Below, piece by piece: positions 13,513-27,269 of a DNA stretch of 64,000 bases; the stretch's first letter is position 1; every line of letters begins with the position of its first letter. The notes beneath the pieces were generated by a model. It was not told the DNA's origin, did not search any database, and saw only the letters and a program-made list of their open reading frames with translations. Source of the stretch: Octopus vulgaris (lineage: Eukaryota); the NCBI GenBank assembly GCA_951406725.2, contig OX597819.1, positions 120,094,001-120,158,000 on the forward strand. The letters are read 5' to 3'. A program made the translations under genes and the position numbers.

Positions 13513-13981
13513 GGATCTTTTCGGTTTGACCGGCTGTTTTTAAAAATAATTTCCACGTAACTAAGCAATTTCAAACTTCGTATACTGGTAGAATGTGTTT
13601 ATGAAACATCTTTTTCTCTTGGCTTTATTGCGAAAATTCTATGGTTTGTAAGATATTTGTTGTGTTTTTTTCTTCAATTTCTGCAATTTCAACCAATCAA
13701 TGACGTCTATTGAGGTGAAAACATTCTATGCCGTATGAATATGTCCCTCGTTTAAGAAACAGATTGGATTTATTTACATTTCTGAGGAAAAAATATACCC
13801 TCCCCCACCCCTAACCCTAACCCTAACCCTAACTAATCCTACTAACACTAACTAACCCTAACTCTAACCCTAACCCTAAAACAGATTGAAATGCAATAGA
13901 TCGATACTAGGGTCATAATTATGGGTGGCAATTTCATATGACACCGCTAGAAAGAAACTGCCGGTCAAACCGAAAAGATCC
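13513..13981. mobile_element. MITE with 27-bp TIRs, 8-bp TSD and internal (CCCTAA)n; Merlin-like
   Basis: GGATCTTTTCGGTTTGACCGGCTGTTT ... AAACTGCCGGTCAAACCGAAAAGATCC; TSD CAGAGAAC at 13505-13512 and 13982-13989; telomeric repeats about 13809-13878. Confidence 0.92.
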
Positions 13982-14989
13982 CAGAGAACTTCTCTCAAAT
14001 TGTTCCTCAAGGGATTTAAACTTTTCACGTATGCATCACACTGACTCACTGGCTAATTCTTTTCCTTCGATCTTCCCTGGTAATCATTATTCCATCTTAT
14101 CTGTATGAATGGTACGTTTATTATTTAATATACATTTACGTTTGTCTACCAATAGACGTTTTAGATGGCCAGACATATTTTTTTTCTAAATTATGTGGCA
14201 TATAGCTTACTTCAATCTTGACCCTACACTAAAATTATATAAACTGACGACACATTACCTTTTAAAAATAGCTTCTTTCGTTATTTAGCTATTTCTATAG
14301 CAACGGGGTATTGTATGGGCACTGCTGCAAGTATGGAGAATATTTTCATAACTAAATTAAGCATCACGATACAGACTTCTTTTGGATAGCTTTCTTTTCT
14401 TTCTCTCTCAATAGAAATAATATAATCTAATACGACAGAAAATTTTAGAGAACAAAGCTTGTAGCCGAGTTCATTTTTATGTACGGTGACTAGCTAGTGT
14501 TTTTTCTTTTGTTTTCCGTTTCTTTTTATTCTTTTTTTTTTTTTTAGATGTTACATATTCTCCAAGGAGTTTTTCTAAAACATGTTCCGTATCGCTTTGT
14601 TAACTTTCAGCTTGTCACATTAAAACCAAAGCAAATAATTGAACATATGATTATGCATATCTGTATATTCGTATATCTGCGTGTGTCTCATCTCTTCTGT
14701 GTGTAACTTTATACATTCTTATATATATACGTATGCGTGTGTGTGTGTGTGTGTGTCTGCACACATATTGTATGTATACAGCATTACACAGTTGTATAGT
14801 ATAACGTTGAACATGCATATTAATGCAAACGTGTAACCATAATTACTTGCACAGTGAAATTATTACTACATGAAGACACGTGAAGCAGGATGCGTTATGG
14901 CCGCAATCCTAAGGTTGCCAAGTAGCTATATAAATATATTCCCCTCTCATACCTACTGACATATATAATACACACGCGTATACATACAT

Positions 14990-15058
<69 letters not shown>

Positions 15059-15062
<4 letters not shown>

Positions 15063-15226
15063 GAGAGTTTACGAAAAAAACAAGAGACGAAGACAGGTGG
15101 TGTACAAAACATACAGATATATTAGTATAATGCTCAGGAATAGAAAACGTCTTTTACGTTTCGAGCCTACGCTCTTCTACAGAAAGGGACACGAGAAAAC
15201 AAGGGGAGAAACAAGGAGAGAAAAAA
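15059..15226 (-). mobile_element. PLE-type 3' fragment with minimal HHR variant (15149-15190)
   Basis: Minus strand CTTT-CTGTAGA-A-GAGC GTAG GCTC-GAAACGTA-AAAG; homologous to 36432-36645; between (TA)n and (GATA)n. Confidence 0.72.
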
Positions 15227-15272
15227 AGATAGATAGATAGATAAATACATACATACATACCTACATACATAC

Positions 15273-15370
<98 letters not shown>

Positions 15371-15754
15371 GGATGGATGGATGGGTGGATGGATGGATGG
15401 ATGGATGGATGGATGGATGGATGGATAGATGGACACATACACAATACACACAGGCACACGCATAGACATACATATGGAAATAGAGAGAGACAGGAATGTC
15501 TATTTGGATGGAAGCAGAAACATGTGACTAAAGTTTGTTCTGTGAATAACAATGTGTCTATATATACTTATATACTTTACTTCACGCGCGATAATTGTCT
15601 CATTTTCGTTCTCATTCTTCTTTTTCCCAATATCTTTGACTTATCATCCAGAGAAATACATTTATATAGATTTTTTGATCGATACAATCTTTTCTCTAAA
15701 TTTATCATTACGTATACTCACACGCTTAAACACAAACTCGCTCTTACACACACA

Positions 15755-15835
<81 letters not shown>

Positions 15836-17029
15836 ACTTGCACATTACGCATACACACATACGAATATATACATCTACATGTTTGAATCTATATATGTAT
15901 ACAGATATACAGATGCACATATATATATATATATGTGTGTGTGTGTGTATGTATGTATTATATATGTATATATATATATATATACATTCATAAATATACA
16001 TATGCATACATATATATATTTGTGTGTTTGTCTATCTACTTATGTATGTATGTATATTTTCATTTGTTTCTATGTATGTGCATACATATATTTGTGCATG
16101 TGTATTTCTTATAGTCTGTGTACGTTTATCCGTCTCTGTGATTCAAATTTATCTATTTCCAATAGTTCTAAAAATTGCTCAATCTATAGTCATTAGTTTA
16201 ACGGTGAGGCAGTTCTGACGTGGTTTCTTACACCGCTGACCTCACTCGCCGCTTGCAATGACTTCATTTTTAACAAACTCAACTTGGATGTTTGTTAAAA
16301 TCGAGGTCTAAATGTTGAAATTATCAGGAAATTTTTTCTCCTTCGCAGCACCTATTGTAATATAAATGGCATCATTTATTATCATCGTGTTACTTTAGTT
16401 AATGAAACTGGTTGACAGAAATGTGTGGAAGGTGAAGAAATGTTAGTATTGAGGGTTAGAGAGTCACAATAATCAAATATTAAAGTATACACAAATCATT
16501 TTCCCAGAATAACAATTTATATATTTCGATTGTTAAGAACGATGTGTTAAAAACAATTCTCTGCTATTTGTTACTTTTCAAAATATTCTATATAAATTCT
16601 AATCTTGTATTCACATTCATAGATTATATTTTTATTTTAACAAGCCAGCAATTTTGTAACCCTAGAAATAAAAACGGTCAAGATATTCAATCTAAATATA
16701 AAACTGCCACTGAATACATCAAAATCCTGAAATTCCATTTCTAAAGGAATTCCATTTCTATTGAAAGAATTGGAATCCATTAAATAATCCAATTTAACAC
16801 AATATTATATCAAGTTAATATATCTTTCTTGGGTTCAATCTAAATATTTGAATTTGTTCACAGGGAAGATGATATGATATCATTCATTTTAATTATGAAA
16901 GTACAGAAATAGATTTTCATATGCATACTTTGCTAAAATTATTTAACATGTACGAAATGATTTGTCTTCAACCTAAATAGGAAACGAAACTGAGATATTC
17001 CGTTCGAGATTGTTCCTTGTTCATTTATA

Positions 17030-17262
17030 TATTTCTTTATTGCCCACAAGGAGCTAAACATAGAGGGGGCAAACACGGACAGATAAAGGGATTAAGTCGA
17101 TTACATCGACCCCAGTGCGTAACTGGTACTTAATTTATCAACCCCGAAAGGATGAAAGGCAAAGTCGACCACGGCGGAATTTTAACTCATAATGTAGCGA
17201 CGGGCGAAATACCGCGAAGCACCTCGCCCGACGTGCTAACGTCTCTGTCAGCTCGCCACCTT
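17030..17262 (-). mobile_element. MetaSINE-like monomer
   Basis: Single full unit with tRNA-like head and the same core and tail as the arrays. Confidence 0.85.
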
Positions 17263-20200
17263 TCCCTTGTTCATTTATAAACCAGCTGACCACTGAGTGG
17301 GTTAATGTATAACGCATTCGTGACAGAGGACAGGTTCATATCAATCGAGTAGTAACGTTGGAACGTTTCTTAGCAACGTAATATTACTCTAAATAAATAG
17401 CATTTATTTCTGGCGAGATTCAAAGGTTGGTGGCGGTTTTCTTTCATTGATAGTTTAGCTTCATTACATTGGTTAATCAACAGTCTTGGTTTTACAATGC
17501 ATATACTTTCTATTCTCAGTTATAATTTTCTTTATAAATATTCTTTTAGTGCTGGTACGCACAAGCAATTTTGACGGTTGGAGATATGTGGACCTCGACG
17601 AGCCTCATACTTCATTGACACTTTATTTATTGAATCAGAAGCACCGAATGACTAAGTTGACCTCGTGGGGTTTGAGTTAGGGATGTAGATTCGGGTGGAG
17701 AGGTGAATAAGCATTTTGGCCGAGACGCCAACAATTCTGTTAGCCACAAGACCTGAAATTTTAGGGTGAGGTAGCTGGTCAATTATATCAACGCCAATGC
17801 TCAACTGGTATTTATCGATTCCAGAAGGATGATAAGCGAAATAGTTCTCGGCAGAATTTAAACTCAAAAAGTTTTAAATGTTATAAAAATTCAATGTATA
17901 TCTACGTCACTGTGATAGTTTTCAGAAACTGTAATACAAATTTAATTTTTATTATTGAGTGAAATATAATTATAGATAATATGTCCATTCCTATGTGATG
18001 ATAGATTTGTGTCAGCTAGGAAACGCGTCACACTTGCGAAGCTGCTTTGTATACTTTTCCTTTGTTTAAAAATACTACTGGACTACTTAAGTGACCGAAA
18101 GCTGCATAACTATGCCGTGATGAAAAGCCAATTGATATGACATCATCACTTTGAAACATCGAATGAATTACTTCATGATAACTCCCATAAGAGTTAATAA
18201 ATGTTGAGATATGACCCTTTATGAGATAATTAAGACTATATATGCTGCAAATGTTGAGAAAACATTTTGGAGGTTTAGAAAATTAGCTTATCTCAAATGT
18301 CCATACACTGAAGAATTGAAGAATCTAGAAATATATACGCGGCAAATATCATCAAAACTTTAATAAGTGTTGGAAGTTAATATTCACTAATATACTATTT
18401 CCGTAGTTTTTTAAATTCTGGATGAAAATAGTAAGTAGATGTAGATTCTCCCTATGATCAAATGCTGACGCGTGCACACACACGTACACACAATCAAACA
18501 CACACACACACACACATATGCTGAATAGAAATAAGCTGCACATCTAACACGAGCTAAAATATATCCAATGACAACGTACAAAAACTGGGATCCAAGTTAC
18601 ATTAGAAATTAAACTTCGAAAGAGCAGGCATGGCCAGAATTGCTGTAAACGCATCGCCATTCATAAGATCGTTTAATATGTCGGCTATAACTCCAATGCC
18701 TTTCATCGTTTCGGGGCCGATAAAAAACCTCCGGTCGAGCACCGTGGTTGATATAATCGCCAAACCACTCTCCTCAAAATTGCCGGTCTTGTACCAAAAT
18801 TAGTATAATCCAATGCTTTCGCTTGTAATATTTGCTTATATCATTCAGAGTGTGAGATTAAAATATGTATATCTACATATTTTGGTCATTAGTATTTAAG
18901 TTGAGGAAAGCTCTTCTGTATTAAAAACTGAAAAATCTGTGAAATTATTTATTAGTTTGTGTTTAAGAGAGAAAAGAATATTGAACATGTTATTGAAAAA
19001 TTTGATCAATATTATTAAAATGCGTTCTACTGCAAGAATCAGGGTAGAGAGAAATTCTATTAGTATTGATTAAGAGGACATAACCATGCAGTGATTAATA
19101 CTGATGGAGATTGTAGCTAAAAGTCATTCTATCGAAGCTAACTGTACGCTGGATTGACCCCGGCAGTTTCGGGTCAGTTTCCCAAAGCACACCTCGTGGA
19201 AAGTAATGTCAGTTTTGATAGCACTTATCCCTCCCAATCCAGAAAACTGAATCCACTTACGAGACCCGCTAAATCTAGAACAATGCAACATTACATTGTA
19301 TTTTACCTATTCTTCTATTCCACAATAGTGCTAGAAAAGGCAGGTTTATTCAATTTTCGATAACGCTAAAATTCGAGTTGCTATCTATTGTTAAGAGAAA
19401 TGTTGTACAGATGGGACTTCCAAGACAGCTGTAACATTATTCAATCAACTTTCAATGTTACACAACGTTGTGAATATTAACATCTTTCCTTTTGTCTATG
19501 GTGTATTGGCCAGAAAACTGACAGAGATGGCGAGGTTTTCTTAGAAAATGGTAATCCTTAAATTCAACCGCATCATTTAACATAATAAAGACGCATTTTG
19601 AAAGAATGGGCATTAATGCATTTAGAGTAGCTTTACCAAATTTAACTCAAAATGGTCATTTTGTTGATTGTGTTTTTATTTTTTTTTTTATTTCTCCCAA
19701 TGCATATTTCAATGCATTCAAACAAATGGTGTGCAGCCACTGTATGGAATTCACACAGAATTTGCATTGAAATGTTCATATTGCAGCCTATGCACACGTG
19801 CCTTTTTAAAATGGCGTTCTTTGTTTCTGAAATTTATGCGACAATAATGGCCAGTTTCCGATTATATACATATAACTTGTGGACTGGAAATACAGAATGT
19901 CGCCAACTACGTCGACATCTTTACTTTGAATACGAACTTTGGAATTATTTTGCATCTGCCTGAGAAGGTGCCTCTAGGACAGACATCGATCATACAGCGA
20001 ATTGATCGAGAGATAGCATCGTATAATCATTTTTTTTTTTTTTTTTAGAAATATTGAAAAAGAAACAGTCAAGAAACGAAATAATTGAATTCTATGTCGC
20101 CAGTACAAATATTCCACATAAAAAAAAACAAATATAAAATATACAGCTACGAGAATTCAACACATCACCAATGAATAACAAAATCGCGAAATAATGGATT

Positions 20201-21239
20201 ATTTAAGAGCCAATGCTCATAACTTTTCTTTTAGAACTTTTTCTGACTCCAATTTAAAATAGCATTACCATTTTACAGCATTATTTTGTGATTCTATATT
20301 TAAAAGTAACTTCAGAGTGTTTTTGCTGTATATATTGAGAAAATTTGATATTAATAAATTTTGTCTTTGAAATTCTTTTTCGTTGTTAATGTAATTCGAC
20401 TTATTTACCCTGCAAATATAAAGAAAGTATAAAATAAATAATGTTTAGCAACGAATTTACAGTGTGAGTAAAAAGCATGATAATCAATTTACCAACGTTG
20501 TATTCGTTCAGCCGATCAAATTATAGATGATGTATTTACTGTAACGCAATGACCCAAGATATTTTACACTGATACACTTTTGTCATTATATGGTCAACCA
20601 AATCGACTATACATCGGCAAATACATTATATTCTTTCCATTCAATTCCTGATTATATGTCCTGAAGGGTTTTTGGTCCCAGGTTGCAACTGCCGCGCTTC
20701 CACATCAATAAAGAACTGTACAAAAGAAACTAAAATCTCTGATTTAAAGTCAGCTTATATGTGTGAGTAAGTGACTGTATTTTTGTGACTAATAGTGAAA
20801 CAGGCAACTTTACCTCTTTTCAGAATACCACGTAAATGGTCGCTTGATTTGTTCGGAATAACCATCAAATCTCCCCCAAATTATTACTACTGTTTTGACA
20901 AAGCTCGGACACAATAGCGATCCTCGATACACCATTCCTAGAACCACGGCTACTCACAACTGGAAATACTTTCATCATTTGTCTGCTCAAGTTGGACTGA
21001 TGTGGAGGTAAATAATAAGACCGGCCTGACAAACGTGTCTACAAAAGCGGATTTGTATCATATTTACTACCTTTTTCTACTCAATTAAACATTTCTCTCC
21101 ACCTCTCTCACCCCTCTCTCTCCCTTCTCTCCCTCCTCTCTCTCTATCTTGCAACATATAAACTGACCTTTCTTATTTGTCATCACAGAAGAGAAAAGAA
21201 AAGAGTGTAGAAATATGAATGTATCTCTAATAATGCTTT

Positions 21240-21569
21240 CAAATTTTGGGACAAAGCCACCAACTTTAGGTGGTATGTCGAATTTATCTACCTCATTTCT
21301 TATGTGGTACTTTATTTTATTGAATTCGAAATGAAAGATGGCAAAGTGGACCCCGGTGAAATTTGAACTCAGAATTGAACACTTTTTCGTGCCCCTCTAA
21401 AAGTTCTGCCAATTCTCCATTTAGTTTCAAATTTTGTGACCCGGACAAGGATATTAGAGGAAGGAGGGGGTGTTGATTACATAGATCCCAGTGCTCAAAT
21501 AGTAATTATTTTATCGACTCTGAAACGATGAATGAAGTCGATCCAAGACAATTTGAGCTCAAAGTGTAA
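21240..21569 (-). mobile_element. Two degenerate MetaSINE-like units; the second resumes at 22217-22258
   Basis: Diverged core; the head is interrupted by the SINE at 21585-22201. Confidence 0.6.
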
Positions 21570-21584
21570 ACAGCAGTTACAAGT

Positions 21585-22201
21585 GCAGGAGCAATGGACT
21601 ACTGGTTAGGGCGGCGGACTCGCGGTCGTAAGAGCGCGATTTCGATTCCCAGACCGGGAATTGTAAGTGTTTATTGAGCAAAAACACCTAAGCTCCACGA
21701 GGCTCCGGTGTGGGCGGGGTGAAGTCCGCTGTACTCTTTCACAACAACTTTCTGTCACTCTTTCTTTATACTTCTGCCACAAAGCAGATGAACCATTGTG
21801 TAACCCACTATTGTGTGGTAAATGCTCAGAGTCTACTCTAGATTGCGATTCCTCTATACCCCAGGATGGTTAAGCTCTCCACCCGTTAAAAGCCACCGTT
21901 CACGGAATGAGGATAACAGCGTAGTTTTCGCGGCCGTGCAACCGCTAGTCTATCGCGTGTGGTAGGTAAATCTTCAAGTTGCCAGACGCATTCTTCGTAG
22001 ATTAGAGTAGGCTCGAATTAGAGATTATTCTTTGTGGCTAATGACGTTATTCCTGATTAGAAGAAGAAGAAGAAGAAGAAGAAGAAGAAGAAGAAGAAGA
22101 AGAAGAAGAAGAAGAAGAAGAAGAAGAAGAAGAAGAAGAAGAAGAAGAAGAAGAAGAAGAAGAAGAAGAAGAAGAAGAAGAAGAAGAAGAAGAAGAAGAA
22201 G
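21585..22201 (+). mobile_element. tRNA-Arg-derived SINE (OR-like head) with a distinct 3' body and (AAG)n tail
   Basis: Head and core match 58013-58200, then unrelated sequence; (AAG)n 22059-22201; 15-bp TSD ACAGCAG(T/C)TACAAGT at 21570-21584 and 22202-22216. Confidence 0.85.
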
Positions 22202-23067
22202 ACAGCAGCTACAAGTACCGCTAAGCGCTTTTCTCGGCGCGCTAATGATTCTACCTTATGGCTATCTTACACACAGCTAGACATGAAATATAGCTAATAC
22301 CGCACGAATATTATCTTAAGTGCAATTCCCCATTAGATAAATGTTTTAGTTAACAAAGAAATATTATGTAAATATATTTAATATACCAATATTTTACATC
22401 ATCTGTAAATTATTCTAAGAAAATTCTGAGGCAATTACCATTCCATAAACATTTTACTACCATCAAAGTATTTTATAAAAAGACACAAAAATCATATTAA
22501 CCTCTGAATTTTCAACCGAAATGTTTTACCGCAGACGTTAAAGTATATTATCAATCAAATGATTTGAAATTTTACTAATTATGCAAATAGAATTCAAATA
22601 ATTTATAAAACGTCGACTACTACTCGAAACGAAGAGATAACAGACAAACGCCATGAATTTCAATTGTTACGTACATGCATATAGATGTACATACTGATAT
22701 ATACACATATATACACATATATACGCATATATACGCATATATACGCATATACATTTACATATATATACGAGGCAAAAATATACAATACTATTATTTCTCC
22801 TTCACTGTCACCTTCTCCTTTGTTCTTTGTACATACACTCACATATACACACACTTTTATATACACCTGTCTTACACATTTATATAATTATGTATATATG
22901 TATGCATGCGTGTGCGTGTATACGTTTATATATGTAAGTATGCATGCATGAGTGTGTTGTATGTCTGTGAATGTGTGTCTGTGTTTGTGTGTGTGTGTAT
23001 GCATATGCATCCATATATACATGCATATGTATATCTATATCTGTACATATATGGATGTACATATATG

Positions 23068-23104
<37 letters not shown>

Positions 23105-23281
23105 CTGTCTGTCTGTCTGTGTATTTATGTATGTATGTATGTATGTATGTATGTATGTATGTATGTATGTATGTATGTATGTATGTATATACCTATATAA
23201 ACATATACATATTTATATATGTATATGTCTATCGTACCTCCACTCGGTATCTTTAACACTCTGAATAAATATATATGATCG

Positions 23282-23320
<39 letters not shown>

Positions 23321-24493
23321 ACACACACTCACACACGCACACACACACTCACACACATACACACACTCACATGCACGCATAAGCATTTATTTATGTAATA
23401 CTCTTGAATATAATCTTTTCCAATCTCTTAAAATATTAAGGAAAATGAAATATGAATAATTGTCATGTCGCTAATGTTAGATATGACAGATGGAATTCAT
23501 AAAAAACAAAATGGCTGTCCACTGTATTTACTCACCTGATGTTGGCATTAAACCTGTTCATTATTGACTTTTGTATTTGAGGACGAGAAAACAGTAGGTT
23601 GACACAAGTGCTTCTTAAACGTTTATCTACGACCTGTTAAACAACCATAACAAGTTATTTGTTTAAATACTTCTACAGTGATGTGTCGACATCTCTTTAA
23701 TACTCGACTCCATCAGATAGCGGAATAGTGTCAAAAGCGAGCAAATTGTTTAGATTTTTTGGTTAAATTTTGTTGCTCTTATTCTTCTTATTGCTGTTGG
23801 TTTTTTTTTTTTTCTTTTTCTTATATTTCTTATTCTTCTTTTTCTGCTACAATCATTATTGTTGCTGCTACTATCACTACTGCTGCTACTTCTTTTAAAT
23901 GTGATAAAATACAACTTTAAAAGAAGAATTCACAAGATAAACAGAACTTTGTCAATAATTTGGCGGAGCAAAAGATCAAGTAGCAACTTCAACTGAGAAA
24001 ATCGATTTCTCACAAAGAAAATGTTGTTAAACAAGTTTAAATCAAGTAGGTTTAAGAATGAAACTAAAAGAAAAGAGAAAGAAAAATATTGAAGAGGAAA
24101 GAGAATAGCTAACGTTACTGTTATAATACTTGGTTCAAACACAATAGGCCTGATAGCAAACCTCGACCCATTCTATGACCCGGTTTCAATTACAGATTAC
24201 AGATAATTTTTCCATTTTCCTAACAACTGATTGTAAGGCTAAAACATTCATCGTTCACGTGTTCTTCCTTTCTCTCTCTCATCGCCTCTCTCTCTACCAT
24301 TCCACCGCTCTCTATCTATCTATCTATCTCTCTATCTCTCTTCAGGCGGTAACCCAACCTGATTCTATAACCCTGTACGACATAACGTTGTGATTCATTC
24401 CTTGTTTCGAACAAGAAAGTAAATCATTCACACACGCGTGCGTATGTACACACAGATATGTACGTGTATGTATGTGTATGTATATATATATAT

Positions 24494-24605
24494 AGGTGCA
24501 GGAGTGGCTGTGTGGTAAGTAGCCTGCTTAACAATCACATGGTTACGGTTTCAGTGCCTTCTGTGTGGATTTGGTAGATGGAAACTAAAAGAAGCCCATC
24601 ATGTA
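24494..24605 (+). mobile_element. OK-like SINE 5' part; a possible matching 3' part lies at 25940-26050
   Basis: AGGTGCAGGAGTGGCTGTGTGGTAAGTAGC head with internal deletion. Confidence 0.75.
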
Positions 24606-24792
24606 TATATGTATTATACAAAATATGAATTAGAGATAAGACCACTATTATGCAACTCAAACAGTGATAGGCATAAACCAATACATAAATAACAAATAAT
24701 ATATAATTAATATAATATTATATATATATATGTTTTTTATATTAATTTTTTATTTAAATGTATAAAATGAATAATAAATATAATATAATAAG

Positions 24793-24905
24793 GAATAACA
24801 CTACGTACGTTTCATGGCTATAATTATATTCGAATTACAATTAAGTTTAAATTCAATTGAAATAAATTCGAACTAAAATTATAGTCAATCTTCAGGTTAA
24901 TGATA
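24793..24905 (-). ncRNA. HHR with long AU-rich stem II, in PLE-type fragment 24612-25000
   Basis: Minus strand AAC-CTGAAGA-ttgactataatt..ttcgaa..ttcgaa..aattatagccat-GAAAC-GTAC-GTA-gtgtt. Confidence 0.7.
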
Positions 24906-25001
24906 ATAGTTAAATAAATAATCAAATATTTAAGAAATAAATAAAATAATAATTTTTCGTATAGAAAAAAACTCCATTATCTAAATTAGAAACTTAATTA
25001 C

Positions 25002-25077
<76 letters not shown>

Positions 25078-25079
<2 letters not shown>

Positions 25080-25256
25080 TAATATAGGATGAAGTTTTTT
25101 TCTACACAAAAAAATTCCATTAAAAAATGTGGCAACATACCTGTACAGTTAAAATTATAAACAACTTATAAGTAAGGGCTAAAGAAAATTATTTCAATGC
25201 CAATATGCTGATCATATTGGCATTGAAATAATTTTCTTTAGCCCTTACTTATAAGT

Positions 25257-25259
<3 letters not shown>
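25078..25259 (-). mobile_element. Fold-back PLE-type fragment with a perfect 47-bp inverted repeat
   Basis: 25161-25207 and 25213-25259 are exact reverse complements, loop CTGAT; about 80-nt unique tail on the left; (TA)n on both sides. Confidence 0.75.
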
Positions 25260-25298
<39 letters not shown>

Positions 25299-25301
<3 letters not shown>

Positions 25302-25611
25302 CTAATACGAGCATTGAATAATTACACTGATGAGCGGAAATAAGTTTTAATAAGTCAAACCATGAACTTTAGTATTATGGTATTATCTAAATTATTTTAT
25401 AAATTCTTGCTGTCTATTTTTCTCGCTTACAGTCTTGTGGCAATGGAGTAATAATCTTAATAGTTCCTATACCATTTCGGGTCTGCTTCTAGCAGACTGG
25501 CGTTGTAATTATTCAATACCCATTATTGTAATTTTAATATAAATTAACCATTAGGGTAATTTAGTATGCTGGCCACTGATAAATCATTAAATAATGGCTT
25601 TATCCTAATTA
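25299..25611 (+). mobile_element. PLE-type fragment with disrupted HHR (14-bp stem I, very large domain II)
   Basis: ATTGAATAATTACA (25313-25326) + CTGATGA (25327-25333) ... TGTAATTATTCAAT (25504-25517); GAAA box not intact. Confidence 0.55.
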
Positions 25612-25654
25612 TATATATATATATAATTTATAGTAATCAAATGTTTGTGCCACA

Positions 25655-25852
25655 CATTAGCTCCCTCGCTCCGTCAAATCTACGTTTTCTGAACAGGTGC
25701 ATGGTTCACCACTCGTCAGGTGTCGAAGTGATCGCATATCAATGTGGAATAAAGTGCTTCGCTCAAAGACAGTACGCACCACCCACTCTAGGATTTGAAA
25801 TCTCGAGGGCCAGATCGTGAGTGCAACACACTAAACACTAAGCCATGTTCAC
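25655..25852 (-). mobile_element. Degenerate tRNA-derived SINE head of a further family
   Basis: Minus strand CATGGCTTAGTGTTTAG..GATTTCAAATCCT..TTTGAGCGAAGCACTTTATT. Confidence 0.55.
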
Positions 25853-25867
25853 GTACATATATATGAG

Positions 25868-25921
<54 letters not shown>

Positions 25922-26094
25922 ATTACATATCTATATATATACCGCACTTAGAAAATAAACATTGCGGTGGATTTGTTCGACTAAATTCTTCTTCAAGGCA
26001 ATATTCTAGTATGGCCACAAGTGAATGACTTTAACAATAACATATAAAGAATAATTATATATGTGCAATAAAAACATTGGTATATATATATATA

Positions 26095-26839
26095 CAAAGT
26101 ATGGGGGTTTAGTTTCACAAGTGATCCAAACGATTAGGTACGCTTGGTAAGAGCTATAATTGATTACTAGGGCTCCAAGGTTATGGAGCCATTGCAGATA
26201 TCCGATATATAATTGTTAAAGAGGACAAAAAAACGTTGAGGTAAGGCAAACATCTCAAGTCAGATACATTATTATTATTATTGGAAAACTTCGAAGTTCT
26301 ACAGCCGTTTCTGGGATATCTCAGAGTATCAGATATTCCTTCATTAGAGACAACTAGGGAAAATTAGATGGGTATAGATTAATGAAATGATGACATGGAG
26401 GATAGGAGGAAAGGAATAAGATGAAGAGAGAGAAGAAAAAAGTGATATAAAAGTTCACAGGTGCAATTCTGTTATTGAACCTTCATATGATTGCGTCTTT
26501 TTTCTGGACGTTTACAATATAAGGACTTTACCCAACATGGATCTACGCAGGATTGTATCTAAAGGCTTATGAAATTATTTCTAAAACATCGGAAAGTTGG
26601 ACTGTGAACTTTTATGCTTCTTTTGTCTTCTCTCTCTTCTTCTCCTCATTCATTTACTCCTGTTTGCTATGTCGTAATTTCATTAATCTATATTCTTCTC
26701 ATTTACTCTCTGATGACGGTATATACCATAGTCTGGGATATCCCAGAAACAGTTGTAGAACTTTGAATTTTTTCCAATAATAATAATGTATATGGCTTGA
26801 GATGTTTGCCTTGCGTTAACGTTTGTCGTCCTCTTTAAC

Positions 26840-26850
<11 letters not shown>
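26095..26850 (-). mobile_element. Older fold-back PLE-type element: about 255-bp diverged inverted arms, one HHR per arm
   Basis: 26206-26460 vs 26602-26850 inverted. Plus HHR: CTGATGA 26710-26716, GAAAC 26746-26750, GTA 26755-26757. Minus copy has CTAATGA at 26347-26341. Confidence 0.8.
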
Positions 26851-26903
<53 letters not shown>

Positions 26904-26964
26904 ATATATATATATGAAAAAACAAGTCAAAAATAGAGAATGCTAAAATAATTTTATAGTGAAC

Positions 26965-27010
26965 ATTTCAGTACCGATTTCGGTCATTTTGAGACCTTTT
27001 CAACTGTAAC
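26965..27010 (-). ncRNA. Minimal HHR, U3-A8 core variant, in PLE-type fragment 26915-27070
   Basis: Minus strand TTACAG-TTGAAAA-GGTC TCAAAAT GACC-GAAA-TCG-GTA-CTGAAA. Confidence 0.62.
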
Positions 27011-27269
27011 GATTAAATAATTCACTTTAGAAAAATTAGAAGAAAAGTTTTTTTAAAGGAATATTTCTATAGTAGTGTTCAGATATAAGTAGCATTCTGC
27101 CTTTCTCTGACTCCCTTGTTTGCACTTGTGTGTTGGAGGTCAACGACTTCCAACATTTTGTTCCTAATGACAAAAATGAAACAAAGAAATTATACCGGTG
27201 AACTAGCAGAATCGTTACAGTATCGGTCAAAATGCTTATTGACATTTCCTCCTGCTCTTTGTTTTTTTC

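Noticed and set aside
13809-13878. Telomere or chromosome-fusion scar
   Set aside because: Short, degenerate and internal to a MITE.
16330-16415. Strong acceptor-like TTTTTTCTCCTTCGCAG
   Set aside because: Stops in all three frames shortly after and no good donor.
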